Part shown: in pieces, positions 36,996-50,672 of the stretch
Layout: the number at the start of each line of letters is the position of its first letter
How positions within the stretch are numbered: the first letter of the stretch is position 1
Source of the DNA: the human T2T-CHM13v2.0 reference genome, Homo sapiens
NCBI RefSeq assembly: GCF_009914755.1
Contig: NC_060947.1
Reading direction: 5' to 3' (one strand)
Length of the DNA stretch: 64,000 nt
The notes under the pieces: model-generated
Database searches by the model: none
Told to the model about the DNA's origin: nothing
The model's input: only the letters and a program-made list of their open reading frames with translations
Position numbers and translations under genes: made by a program

Positions 36996-39049
36996 AACAA
37001 ACACAAACAAAACAAAACAGCGCCTTACCCTTTATAGAATACCTGGAGAATCACACTGTGCTGAGAATGCTGGGATCAAGGAAATGAGGTTATAGTGTGC
37101 AGTGGGGCCACAGACTCAAGCAGTGGATGCCACAACGTTGCTCTCTAAAGCATGAAGGGACCAGTCACTAATCAATACAACAGCATAGAGCCCGTATGTG
37201 GACAATGTGGTGATTTCATCACATCTCCCACCCTGGGGAGCCCTGTGGGTGAAGAATTAAGCTCCAGGCTCCCTGAGGCTCAGGGATCTGAAGTAACTGC
37301 CCAGATCTCACCTGGCCAAGCCCTGTTCCTTCCACTGCATCTCCAGACCTGGTGTTGTTTATTAGTTATAAATAAAGTACATTTTTTAGGCCCTGCTTAT
37401 TCTTATAAAGGTAATCCACACTCATTTTGGACCATGTGGAAAATACTGTCAAATACAGACAAGAAAATATATCCAGCACTCCTGCCCCTTCGTGGTAAAC
37501 ACAATTAATGTTTTGGTGTATTTTGTTATAGTATTTGTTCTCTACTTTGATATATGCCCACAAAGATAGATACTAGCATTTCTGGAGAAGAGGCTTCTGT
37601 TTGGGGGCAAGTGACAGCATTGCTATCGGGACACAGTTCCTTTGACTGCAGCCTTCTGTACAGCAGTTCTGTTATAAGGATTGGTTCCTCTTACTGTCTC
37701 TTCATTCCAAGACTCAAAGGAAATCTCTTCATCTTGCACCTCTTAAGAGTCTTTCTTCCCTTACAACATAAAAGACAAAGTACTAAGGACAGGAAAGCAT
37801 GTATGGTGGTAGGAAATGGCATGAGGATTTTTTTGTTCCCTTCCAAAGTCCCTCAGGTAACTCATCCTACAATACTGGACAGTCACCATGGCTAATACAT
37901 CAAAAAACTCTGCACACATTTCCCTCCATACACTTAGGATCCCAACTGTTCTCTCTTAGAGTTATGAATTTAGTTTCTATCACAGACATCTCTTCTGCAG
38001 AGAAGGCAAGGTGAGGCTAAGATAGTAACCACTAAAGCCTCCCATGGATTTCTCATTTCCTTAAAACATCATTATTTTCATTTTACTGATGATCAGCTCC
38101 AGGCTTGCCAAGGATAAACCACATATCCTGATAAGCGGCAACAATGAAAATCAGCCACTGGATCTGCCCAGAGTACACCCAGCAGCTTCTATTGTAGATG
38201 TGGGCTTCCAGGGGTAAGAAATGGTAGTTGTAAACTTTTCTGGTATTGTGCCTGAGCTTTGTCATGCCCATATGGTAACATACTAGACAACTCCCCTTAG
38301 TGATGATGTTTGTGGAGAGGAAATCCTGTCCTAGGATAGGAGGCATGTTGATTGGCAGTTCCTGAAGTGGCGAATAATTCAGATGAAAGTACAGGTTTTA
38401 GACCTTGGGAATGTGACATGGAGGAAGGATATTCTTGTTTATCAAAGCTTGAGTTATGTCTAAGGAATTTTATATTGTATCTTTTCTAAATATGATAATA
38501 AATTCAAGGTAGGTAATAAGGATCGCTTACGAGAAATGAGAAAAGCCAAGACTTAAGAGGCTAAGCAAGTTACCCTTAGTGCCAAGTCTGTAAAACACAG
38601 GCCAGGGACTTTAAAACCCAAGCCTTTCACTCTATGATGTCTTCCTGAGCTTTGAATGGCTTCTATCTAAAATCTTCTTATAAAGTGGCAATCTCTACAC
38701 TCCTGTGATTCTTAAAAACTTTTATAATGACTGTATTGATTTCTTCATCATTAAAATCAATGAGATTTTAACATTTAAAATTGCATTAAAAATTGGAGGG
38801 GAAATTATCCACATATACCTCAGAAACCACTTTATATGCCAGGAACTCTCTTTAACCAGAAGAGAAACAAATGAAAATTTAAAATCTCATAGAAAATTAG
38901 AGGAATGCAATTAAACTTATGAGAAGATATCCAATAGCAATGAACACACAACTAAAAATTCAGGTAACCTTATTCTCAGCTAAGGAAGGTAAATTGCATG
39001 ACAAAGTTTGCAGTCATCCCATTTTCATGAAGAATATGTGTATATACAT

Positions 39050-39440
39050 GCTGTCTGTTCAGGCTGCTATAACAAAATGCCACAGACTGGGTGACTTAAA
39101 TGACAGACATTTATTTCTGATAGTTCTGGAGGCTGGGAAGTCCAAGACCAAGTGTCAGTAGAGTCAGCGTCTGGTGATGGCTCTCTTCATGGCTTGTAGA
39201 CAGCCACTTTCTTGCTGTTTGCTCACATGACCCTTGGTGCATACTTGTGAAGAGAGAGATCTGTCTCTCTCTTCCTCTGCTTATAAGGGCATCAATCCCA
39301 TTATGAGGGTCCCACTCTCGTGGTGGTCTAATCTAAACTTAATTAAACCCCAAAGGCCCCACCTCCAAATACTATCACCTTGGAAGCTAGGGCTTCAATG
39401 TGTAAATTTGGGAGGATAGAAACATTCATCTCATAACACA
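39050..39440 (-). mobile_element. MLT1 (A/B-like) LTR
   Basis: ggctgctataacaaaatgccacagactgggtg..., gttctggaggctgggaagtccaag. Confidence 0.8.
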
Positions 39441-39804
39441 TGTTCATACACATTGTACATCTTTATGTATTTTGTACATATATATTTCCATATATATTCT
39501 CATGAACATTTTCTTTCTATGGAGAAAAAAAATCATCTGTTGAATATGCTCCACACCATTAACAAAGGATACCTCAGCAGAGTGAAGGAGGTAGATACAG
39601 GATCATTTCATTTTCCACATAAGCATGTCTTTTGCTCAGCTTCTATCAATTACAAACATATATTAGTTTTGTGATTTAAGAAAGTAATTGTGATAAATTT
39701 GTGAAAAAAATAAAAACGTTATAATAATCTAATCTCAGTAATTTATTTTGTGTAAGTCTACTGGACTGGAAAGCAATTTGCACTAAGTAATATAAATAAT
39801 GTAG

Positions 39805-40285
39805 TATAAAAAACAAGGAGATCCTGCCATTTGCCACAACATGGATGGATCTGGAGATCATTATACTAAATGAAATAAGCCAGACACAGAAAGACAAATA
39901 TTGCACATTCCCACTTATGTGTCAAATATTTTTAAAAGGTCAAATATATATAGAGAGACAAGACAATAGTGATTACAAGGGTTAGGGTGGGAGAAGGAAA
40001 TGGGGAGATGTATACATCAAAGATACAAAGCGCAAACATGTAGGATGAACAAAACAAAAGATCTAACATACAATATGAGGACTATAGTAAATAATAGTAT
40101 ATTGCATTCAAAATTTTTGCTAAATGTGTAGATTACAGCTGTTCTTGCCACAAGGAGGAAAATAGGAAACTCTGTGAGATGATGGATATGTTAATCTGTT
40201 CCACTACAGTAACCATTTTACTATATATATGTATGTATCTTATAACATCATGTTGTACATCTTACAATTTACAGTATAATTAATT
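39805..40285 (+). mobile_element. L1MA-type 3' end
   Basis: gagatcctgccatttgccacaacatggatgg, gaaataagccagacacagaaagacaaata. Confidence 0.8.
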
Positions 40286-40689
40286 TTTCAAAAGGAATTC
40301 ATACTTAATTGTGAGATTTCTTTTAAAGAGGAAATTTCACATTGTATTTACAATATGATTGGTCCCCCTTATTGTTAATACTCCCGTGTGAATAAGTACA
40401 TGTTATAAATCAAATGTGTTTAAAAGGATATAACCCAAAATACAAAATATCGACACACGCACACACATGCACTGATATACCGTTTCTCAGAGACACACTG
40501 ATGGCTTTCTCTTTATTTGAGACAGGGGTGGAACTTCCTGCCAGGATCTCAGAGAGCCAGGCAGCAATAGATTAAGCAGGAAGGGCTGCCTGTGCCATTC
40601 AAGCCTCCAGCATGCCCTGTTTGGTGGGTCAGGCCAGAGGCCCCTTGCTCTCCAAATCCTTAGAGAGCCTCCTCCCTGACATTCGGAGA

Positions 40690-40720
40690 TGTAGTTCTGG
40701 CTTTGACCAGCAGGTGGCGA
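40690..40720 (+). promoter_or_regulatory. CTCF motif with upstream module
   Basis: TGTAGTTCT-N5-TGACCAGCAGGTGGCGA. Confidence 0.6.
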
Positions 40721-41379
40721 TTATCTCTATAGTCCACCTCTGCTGCAATGGAAAAGTAACAATTTTTGCAAAGAGAGAAAAAGACAATATAAAATGAATA
40801 GTACTAAATATATTAGAAAATTCATGTGCAGAGAAAAAAATTGAATGTGTATTGCTGTTTTATTTGTTGATAATGACTTCCAAAGCTGGGTCTCTCGCAA
40901 TTATTCTTTCATTCTGTACATATTTTTGTGGGGGGGTGGGCACTGCCAACTCAAGTCCATTTGTCCATCCCACTCTTTTCTCTGAAGCCCAGACTCTCAT
41001 TTTCAACTTACTGCAGGACATATTCATTTGGAGAAAGACGACTGAAATTTGTTTCTACATGTGTGGAGTGAGTGTGTGTTTCTCTAATGTTAAACTGAAG
41101 AGTAAATAGGCAGGATAACTCATTAAATAATAAAAAGAAATGGCACAAATATCTTTTCCTCTCCCAAACTCCAAAGGAAAGCATATGCTAAAAAAACACC
41201 AAAGCTCACAAGTTACATAAATATGTTTACATTGCATGTTTTGTGCGTATATTTTCAAATAATCCTTAATTTATTCATGCCATTCATTTTACATCAAAAT
41301 CCCCCCATTGAAGGAATGAAGAACTCTGGAACTAACATTTCCAATATCAGTTAAGGGAGTGGCATGTTCCAGACCCTTT

Positions 41380-43600
41380 CTTTTTATTGTTTTTAACTTT
41401 TATTTTTGGTTCAGGGGTACACGTGTAGGTTTCTTATACAGGTAAATTGCATGTCACTGTGGTTTGGTGTACAGATTATTTCATCATCCAGATAATAAGC
41501 ATAGTACCCTGTATTAGTCCATCTTCACACTGCTATAAAGAACTTCTCTGAGACTGTGTAATTTATAAAGGAAAGAGGTTTAATTGACTCACAGTTACAC
41601 ATGGCTGGTGAAGAGGGCCTCAGGAAACTTAAAATCATGGTGGAAGGTGAAGGAGAAGCAAGTACCTTCGTCACAAGGTGGCAGGAAAAGAAAGAACGTG
41701 AAGAAGAAATTTCCAAACACTTATAAAACCATCAGATCTAGTGAGAACTCACTCACTATCATGAGAACAGCGTGGGGGAAACCACCCCCATGATCCAATC
41801 ACCTCCCACCACGTTCCTCCCCCAACACATGGGGATTACAATTCAAGATGAGATTTGGGTGGGGACACAGAGCCAAACCATATCATACCCGATAGGTAGT
41901 ATTTTGATCCTCACCCTCTCCACACCCTGTGACCTCAAGTAGGACCTGGTGTCTGTTGTTCCTTTCTTTCTATCCGTATGTACTCGATGTATATAGATCC
42001 CATTTATAAGTGAGAACATGTGGTATTTGGTTTTCTGTTCCTACATTAGTTTGCTTAGGATAATGAACTCCAGCCCCATCCATGTTGCTGCAAAATACAT
42101 GATCTCATTCTTTATGGTTGTGTAGTATTCCATGGTGTATATGTACCACATTTTCTTTATCCAATCTACCATTGATGCGCATTTAAGTTGATTGCATGTC
42201 TTTGCTACTTTGAATAGTGCTTTGCGATTGTGAATATGTCTTTATGGTAAAACGATTTATAGTCCTTTGGGTATATACCCAATAATGGAATTGCTGGGTC
42301 AAATGCTCATTCCATTTTAAGTTCTTTGAGAAATCGCCAAGATTTCTACAGTGGCTGAATTAATTTACATTTCCACTAGCAGTGTTCGAGCTCATTTTTC
42401 TCTACAACCCTGCCAGTACTTGTTATTTTTTGACTTTTTAATAATAGTCGTTCTGACTGGTGTGTTATGGTATCTCATTGTGGTTTTGACTTGCATTTCT
42501 CTAATGATCAATGATGTTGAACTTTTTTTCATATGCTTGTTGGGTGTGGGTATGTCTTCTTTGGAAAAGTGCTTGTTCATTTTACTATATGTCCTTTGCC
42601 AATTTTTGAATGGGGTTATTTGGTTTTTGCTTGCTGATTTAAGTTCTTTATAGATTCTGCATATTAGTTCTTTATGAGATGCATAGTTTACAACTATTTT
42701 CTCCCATTCTGTGAGTTGTCTGTTTACTCTGTTGATAGTTTATTTTGCTGTGCAGAAGCTCTTTAATCAGGTCCCATTTGTCAGTGTTTGTTTTTGTTGA
42801 AATTGCTTTTGGCATCTTCATCATGATATATTTTCCAGGACCTATGTCCACATTGGTGTTTCCTAGGCCATCTTCCAGGGCTTTTATAGTTTTAGGTTTT
42901 ACATTTAAGCCTTTAATCTATTTTGAGTTGATTTTTCTATATGGGGTAAAAGGAGGGTCCAGTTTCAGTCTTCTGTGTATGGCTAGCCAGTTATCTCAGC
43001 ATCATTTATTTAATAGGGAGTTCTTTCCCTATTATTTGTTTTTGTCAATTTTGTTGAAGATCAGATGGTTGTTGGTGTGTGGCATTATTTCTGGGCTCTA
43101 GATTCTGTTCCATTGGTCTATGTGTCTGTTTTTGTACTAGCACCATGCTGTTTCGGTTACTATAGTTTTGTAGTATAGTTTGAAGTCAGGTAATGTGATG
43201 TTTCCAGCTTTGTTATTTTTCCTGAGGATTGCCTTGGCTATTCAGGCTCTTTTATGGTTCTATTTGAATTTTAAAATAGTTTTTGTTTCTAATTCTGTGA
43301 TGAACGGCATCAGTAGCTTGATAGGAATAGCATTGAACCTGCAAATTGCTTAGGGCAGTATGGACATTTTAACAATATTGATTCTTCCTCTCCATGAGCA
43401 TGGAATGTTTTTCCACTTATTTGTGTCATCTCTGAATTATTTGAGGAGCATTTTGTAATTCTCATTATAAAGATGTTTCATCTACCTGGTTAGCTGTATT
43501 CTAGGTATTTTGTTCTTTTTTTGGCTATTCTGAATGGGATTGTGTTCTTGATTTGGCTCTCAGTTTGGATGTTATTAGTATATAGAAATGCTACTGAATG
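41380..43600 (-). mobile_element. 5'-truncated L1 (old L1PA/PB type) crossing the spacer/right-arm boundary
   Basis: 3' end ttttggttcaggggtacacgtg; ORF2 peptide MNKHFSKEDI...IIREMQVKTTMRYH; continues uninterrupted past 43497. Confidence 0.85.
41510..41885 (-). mobile_element. THE1D/MSTA-like solo LTR inserted in the L1 3'UTR
   Basis: tgtattagtcc...ccaaaccatatca with perfect 5-bp TSD TACCC (41505-41509, 41886-41890). Confidence 0.88.
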
Positions 43601-46600
43601 CTACTGATTCCTGCATGCCCTTAAGGAAACAACTGGCTGGAGCTGAGTAGCAGCTTCTTTATCCCCAGTCACTGTGGTTCCTGTCACTTCCTATCCCCAC
43701 ACATACACAGAATATTAGTCTTTATTGTACTGTTATTGCTGTTGTTTTTCTTACAGTAAAAAGTAAAATATTTGTTGTTAAAAGAGTAGATTTTAAACAT
43801 TCTGACTAAAAATAAACGATAAATAGGTGAGGTGATGGCTATGTTAATTCATTTGATTTCATCATTCCACAATCTGTGTGTATCTATCTATCTAGCTACC
43901 TATCTATCTACGTATCTCAAAGCATCACATTGTACCTAATAAATAATACAATTATTACTTCTCTATTCAAAATAAAATTTTATTTATTTATTGTTTTAGA
44001 GACGGGGTCTCACTATGTTGCCCAGGGTAGTCTCAAACTCCTGGGATCAAGGAATTCTCCCACTTCAGCCTCCTGAAGTAAGATGGGACAATAGGCACAT
44101 GCCATCGTGCCCGGCTAAAAAATAAAATTTGTGAAAAGTGGTGAAGAAAAGACTAAGACTACTGTTCATTTCCGTAAAACTGGAGAGAGGGTACTAACTT
44201 GTGTTAGCAAAAGTTCTTGTTATTTTTGTATAGCCCTGCTTGTATTATCTACATTATCAACTTGACCCCATAGGCTTTTGAGTTTGGCTTTCCTGGAGTT
44301 AAAAGTTTTCTACGTCACATCCCTGATGTGCCACATAGACTTTCTGAGGTGAATATGATAAACAAGCACATTTTTCCATTTTTAAACAAATAAAGGAAGT
44401 TCGTATTTGAAAAAACTTTTAAATACCACATTAGAAAAATGTTTGATGGGACAGAATGAACTTTTGTTTGCCATATTTAGTGCTGTCATATTTTCTTGTG
44501 TGACCTCCAGCTGGCAGGTCACAATGGGGTATTCAAAGATAATACATCTTGGATAAATTCAGTTCTGTGCCAAGTTATCTCTGGCCATGATATTTTCCTC
44601 TGACCCAGTGAGTGATGTGGGGACAGCATTTCAATTGAATCGGCTCACATTAGGCATAGATATTTGTCTGAACAGTCTTTGCCTGTTTACAGAATGGTAT
44701 GCTTTATGCCTTTGTAAGAATTGTGTCACAAATACTCAACATAACCCTAAGTGCCTAAAAGCCTAGAGAATGAATTTAATGGATTTGGATTTCCAGTAAC
44801 AGAAGCAACTCCTGCTGCCTTCTGCATTTTTAATATTTATGTGTAACCGTAGAAAACCATTACCTGGTAAATACCCTCTCTCAAAGGTTCAAGTATTTTA
44901 TTTGTCCATATTCCCTGATGGTCTCTTTGCTCCCAGGCAGCCATTTGGTAATACCATAAAAACAGGTTTGTTTATTTATTTGTCTATTTGTTTTAATCAA
45001 TTTTTCACAGGTAAAATCAGCTTTGTTTAAAAATGAACACACGGCCTGCAATTCCACTCCTAGGTCTTTACATAAGAGAATTGAAAACAGGTGTTCAAGC
45101 AAAAACTTGTACATGAATATTTACAGCAACATTATAAATAGTAGCCAAAAGATGGAAACAATCCAGTGCCCATCAATTGATAAATGTACAAGTGAATTGT
45201 GGTACATCTATACAATGGAATATTATTCAGCCATAAAAAATTACTGGCACGTACCTTAAAAACATTATGCTAACTAAAATAAGTCAGATGCAAAAGGTCA
45301 CATACTGTATGATTCCATTTGTAAGACACATCCAGAATAAGCATAGCCATAGAGACAGAAAGGACATTAGCTGTTGTTTAGGGTTGATGACACCTACTGA
45401 TAAACAAAGTTAAAAATTTAGAAACATTTTCTTTCCTTGCGTGTGTGTGTATATATACACACACGCACACACACACACACACACACACATACACACACAC
45501 ACAAAATGTATATGTTGATTTATAATTTATATAACTGAATTAATACCATAATATAGATAGAGGAAAAGGAAAATACAAAACAATTACTTGTTTTGGGCAG
45601 AAAATTTACATTAATTTTATAACCAGGTAAAGTAAACAAAATAATATTTTTGAAAACGCAGGATAAGCCTGTTTGTGAAGCAAACCAAAAAAATAACATG
45701 TTAGAAATGTGTTCCATTCCTTGGAAAATATGCTGTTTTGTGAAAAAAGCATGTTGCAAAGAGATGTTATGATAAGATTACATTTTCCCTTGAAAATATA
45801 TCTCTATATATTTATTATATGTTCATACCTGACACATACGTATGTGTGTATACACACACATGCAAATTTATTTCAGCTGAGAGTGTAGCTGAAGGGAACA
45901 TGCTATGGTTTAAGACACTGTATGCTATGGAGGAAAGTCAATTCCAATAATTTGTTATAAGAGCTCACATATTTCGAATTAAGGCATTCTGGTAAGAACA
46001 TGATTTATTTAAATTAATGTTTCACTTTTCTAAATATATAGATCTACACATGAAACCTTTTTTGCCTATGGTAACTAAGGAATTCATCCCTATTTGCATT
46101 CTCCATTTCGACTGAGGTAGACATCCCTCACTTTCACAATTAAATTGCATTCAACCTCTTCAGGCAAGAAAGTCAATGGCTCATTCTTTTCATAATTAAA
46201 GGCAGAGTACATGTTTTACTTCCAGTAATGGCAAAGTAAGTCACATTGAACCAAACCTCCCATAGCTAGCAATTATAAACCCTGGGAAACAACTTAAATA
46301 ACTATCTAAAAGCACTTGAGGACACTAGAACTTATTCCTTATATCTAACTGTGTGTTTGTACCCTTTAACCAATGGTATTCCATTGTGCATATATGCCAC
46401 ATTTTGTTTATCCATTCGTCAGCTGATGGGCACTTAAGTTGATTCCCTATCTTGGCTATTGTGAATAGTGCTGCAATAAACATAGGGGTGCAGGTGTCCC
46501 TTTGATATACCAATTTCCTTTCCCTTGGATAAATGGCCAGTAGTGTGATTGCTGGATCATATGGTAGTTCTATGTTTCGTTGTTTGAGAAACCTCCATAC

Positions 46601-47194
46601 TCTTCTGATAGCACAGTAGGCTGACTGTAGTTAACAATTTATTGTATATTTCAAAATAGCTAGAAGATTTGAAATACTCCCAACACAGAGAAATTATAAA
46701 TGTTCAAGGCAATGGATATTTTAAATACCCTAATTAGATCATTACACATTATACGTACGTACCAAAATATCACATGTACCCCATAAATGTGTGCAATCAT
46801 TATGTGTCAATAAAGCTTTTTTTAAAAACAATTTCCCATTAGTACCTATTTGTCTCCTTACAATATTTATGAGATTATCATAGTACATGTTTTTATACCA
46901 TGGTTTGCTTAGAGTACTGTATGATGTATACATTTTGATGCCTTAATAATGACATTTCTGCGTTCTTGTTGCTTCATGCTAAGATTTAGTGGTGCTTATT
47001 TTCTGTAACTGTGTCACAGAATAATTAACATTTATTGTTCATTATTTTAAAGCACTTGAGAAAGATTGAAAGCAAGCAGAAGATTGGAGAGAAGTTGACA
47101 TTTGGACGAGGAAATGTTTCTGGGCGCCTGCTTTTATGGCTTTTTGCCTGGTTACATGCGGAGTGGCTAAAACTCAGATAAATCTGTAGTCCCT

Positions 47195-48515
47195 GACCGG
47201 GGACCCATGCCTTTCTGCCCAGGAACCTGTCTGCCTCCTGCTGCCGTTCATGTTGCCCAGGCTGTAGGTGCCAAGGGGCACCCTGCGGGCCAGCACTGAG
47301 CTGCCCTCAGCCACCCCTTGACTTCCCTCCTATGCTCGTCGGTGCCCAAAGTCTGGGCTGCCAGTCCCATGGACCAGAGCGGGACCAGACTTGGGCTGGG
47401 GTCGGGCTGCCAGTCCTTCGGACTGGAGTGGGAACTTGTGGTGCCCTTTCTGGGCCCGCCCATGGCCACCCATGGAGCAATTGGCATGCACTTCCTCCCC
47501 TCCGAGGCCCATAAAAGCCCTGGGATAAGCCAGAGCTGAGCAGACGTTGGGACGACCAGCTGCGGAGAGGAGCAACCCACTCTAGGGCCTCCTCTCTGCT
47601 GAGAGCTGCAGAGATGATGAAGAGACAATGGGGAGATGATGGGATGACCTGCCTGCAGAGAGGAGCCACCCACTCTCTAGGGCCTCCTCTCTGCTGAGAG
47701 CTGTGCAGATGATGGGATGACCAGCTGCAGAGAGGAGCTACCCTCTCTGCTGATAGCTGAACACTTGTCGGGTTGACTTGCCTAGCAGAGAGAAGCTACC
47801 CTCCATGCTAGCAGCTGAACAGTCATTGAGACACCCTGGGTGCAGAAAGGAGCTGCCCCCTTCGGGTATCCTCTGAGCTGTTCTATTGCTCAATAACGCT
47901 CCTCTTCGTCTTGCCCACCCTCCACTTGTCTGCATACCTTATTCTTCCTGGGCACAGGATAAGAACTCAGGACCCACTGAATGAGGCTAAAGGATCTGTA
48001 ACACAAACAGGGCTGAGGCATGCCCCTTGCTCATCATGTTGCAGGTGAAGAGAAGGAAAGAAGAGCTGCGGCCGTTTGGGAGCCCAGACTGAGGAGCTCA
48101 CTGAGCCAGGGCTGTGACTCTGTCTTTGAGGCACTGCAGTTCCTGGCGTCTCCAAGCTTCAAGGCACCACAGCGTTCCCTGGTGCCAACTGTGGAAGCCG
48201 TGGCGCACCTGGTCAAGTGGCAGCCCAGTGGAGAGCTGGCACCCATGCTGGCACCTGGAGCTCCCCACCCGCTGCAGCAGCCGGCATTTCTGACTGTGCA
48301 GTGGTTGGACAACACACTTGCTCACACACCCCTCGCTGCTCCATGCAGTCTCCCATGGCAGGCGTGTGATCCAGGCCGGTAGCATGAGCTGAGCGCAGCC
48401 TGCCAGGTCGAGTGGGTGGAATGAGCCCAGTGGGCCCAAGAAAAACTCAAGCAAAGGTGCCACAGGCCACAGAGGTTTCCGGCCAGAAAAGTGACACCCC
48501 AAAGATCCCGTAAAA
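47195..48515 (+). mobile_element. Mirror MER52-like LTR
   Basis: Reverse complement of 27715-29035. Confidence 0.75.
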
Positions 48516-48810
48516 GTGTGAACATCATAGAGTGTACTTGCACAAAACTAGATGGTATAGCCTACTACACACCTAGGCTATATGCTATAGCGTATTCCTC
48601 CTAGGCTACAAACCTGTACAGCATGTTACTGTACTGAATACTTTAAGCAATGGTAACACAATGCTAAGTATTTGTGTATCTAAACATAGAAGAGGTTCAA
48701 TAAAAATATGGTATAAAAGATACAAAATAGTCACCTGTATAGGGCAGCTCTATGATAATCTGATAGAACTACTGTCATATATGTGGTCCATCGTTAACTG
48801 AAACATTGTG

Positions 48811-48880
<70 letters not shown>

Positions 48881-48882
48881 GG

Positions 48883-48936
<54 letters not shown>

Positions 48937-50266
48937 CAGTAATGCTCATTGTTAACAAGAAACCCCAAACAACACACTTAGGTTCACTGATTGTCTTCGC
49001 AGATAACGGAGCAGAAAAATAATGGTGCTCTGTGTAATTATAGGTTTTGAGTTCCTGGACATTAATTTACAAGTTTATTTCTCTAGGGAAAGTTGCTTAA
49101 CTTCCCATAACCCCTGTACCCTGATCTGAATAATATCAACAATGAACAGTAACTTGAATAGCTGTAAGAATTCAATTAGATAAATTACCTGTGGATTAAA
49201 ATCCTTGCGCAAACGTCAGTAATCTTTTTCAGGCCACCTTCCAGAGAGAGCAACAACTCCGTTTTCATGTAAGCCTTGCTTAACACCTCAGGGACCAGCT
49301 CAGCCATGTGGCTCCTACACCCAGGTTTCTGGCACAAGGTTTTTATTCCTATACTGAATATCATGTTGAGGGAGTACCCATGTGGATACAATTCTAGGAC
49401 AGCTTAAAACAATCACTCCTTAAGCTTTGGAAGCCCATCATCTGAAAGGGAGGCTAACGGGGGTATTGTGAGGCGGGCAAGAGAGAGAAGCCCATTCCTG
49501 CTCATGACTTGATGTGTGACCCTGAAAAAGTATAGTGTTCTGTGGGTCTATCCTTGATCATCTGTAAAACGGGAATGTTACCTTCCTCAGAGAGCTCTGG
49601 TGGGGAAAAAAGGAGAAACCCTATAGAAATGCCTGGCACATTGTAAGACTTGGAAAAACATTAATACTGCCCATTTCACTTCCTCCCATAAGAGAGATGT
49701 CTTTCAAATAAACTATAGAGCGTATCTATCTTAGAGAACACCTGGAAATAATAGCCAGAAAAGAGAAATATACAGATATTTACCTAATGTATGAGTTTTG
49801 GGTGTCATTTCCGTGTCTTGGGAAAAGCAAGGAATTTTAAGAAGGAGAAGAAAATAATTTGCTTTTATTTCAGGTGATTTCCAATCTTCTTATTTCCTTT
49901 CTAGTTTGATACCAGAGGAGCATTTCCCACCAAGTCTTTAAAAAAGAGCATAAATGAGAATAAAGCAATATTGGCACCCATGGTGAACCAGAGGACCTTG
50001 GGTGAGTCCCTCGTCCTGTGCTGGCCTCAGCTCTAACGGAGAAGAAGACGCAATACAGAAACAGTGGTTGTGGGCGTGGAGTTTGTAGAGTGAGATACAT
50101 GTGGATTTGTCCTTTAGTTGAGAGGCACTTAATCTCGAGGAAGCAATTTCTCTCTCCGGAGTTCACCTTTCTTCTTGGGCTATATGGGAATTGGGATGGT
50201 ACTTGCCCCTTAAAGATGACATGAGGAGTAAATGGATCACTGCATTGAAAGCAAGCAGAGCAATGA

Positions 50267-50460
50267 TATATTAGTCCATTTTCACATTGCTATAAAGAAC
50301 TACGCGAGACTGGGCAATTTATAAAGAAAAGAGGTTTAATCGACTCACAGTTCTGTAGGCTGTACGGGATGCACGGCTGGGGAGGCCTCAGAAAACTTAC
50401 AATTATAGCAGAAGGCAAAGGGGAAGTAAGGCACAACTTACATAGTGGCAGGAGGGAGAC

Positions 50461-50500
<40 letters not shown>

Positions 50501-50672
50501 GTGCCACACTTTTAAACCATCAGATCTTATGAGAACTCACTATCACAAGAACAGCAAGGGGGAAATCTGCTACCTTGATTCAATCACCTCCCACCAGGCC
50601 CCTTCCCTGAAACTTGGGGATTATAATTTAACATGAGATTTGTGTGGGGGGACACAGAGACAAACCATATCA
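50267..50672 (-). mobile_element. Mirror MST LTR
   Basis: Reverse complement of 25554-25959. Confidence 0.85.

Larger units (their letters stand above)
32734..43496. other. Single-copy palindrome spacer, 10,763 bp
   Basis: Mirror symmetry ends at 32733/43497; no paired ORFs inside. Confidence 0.93.
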
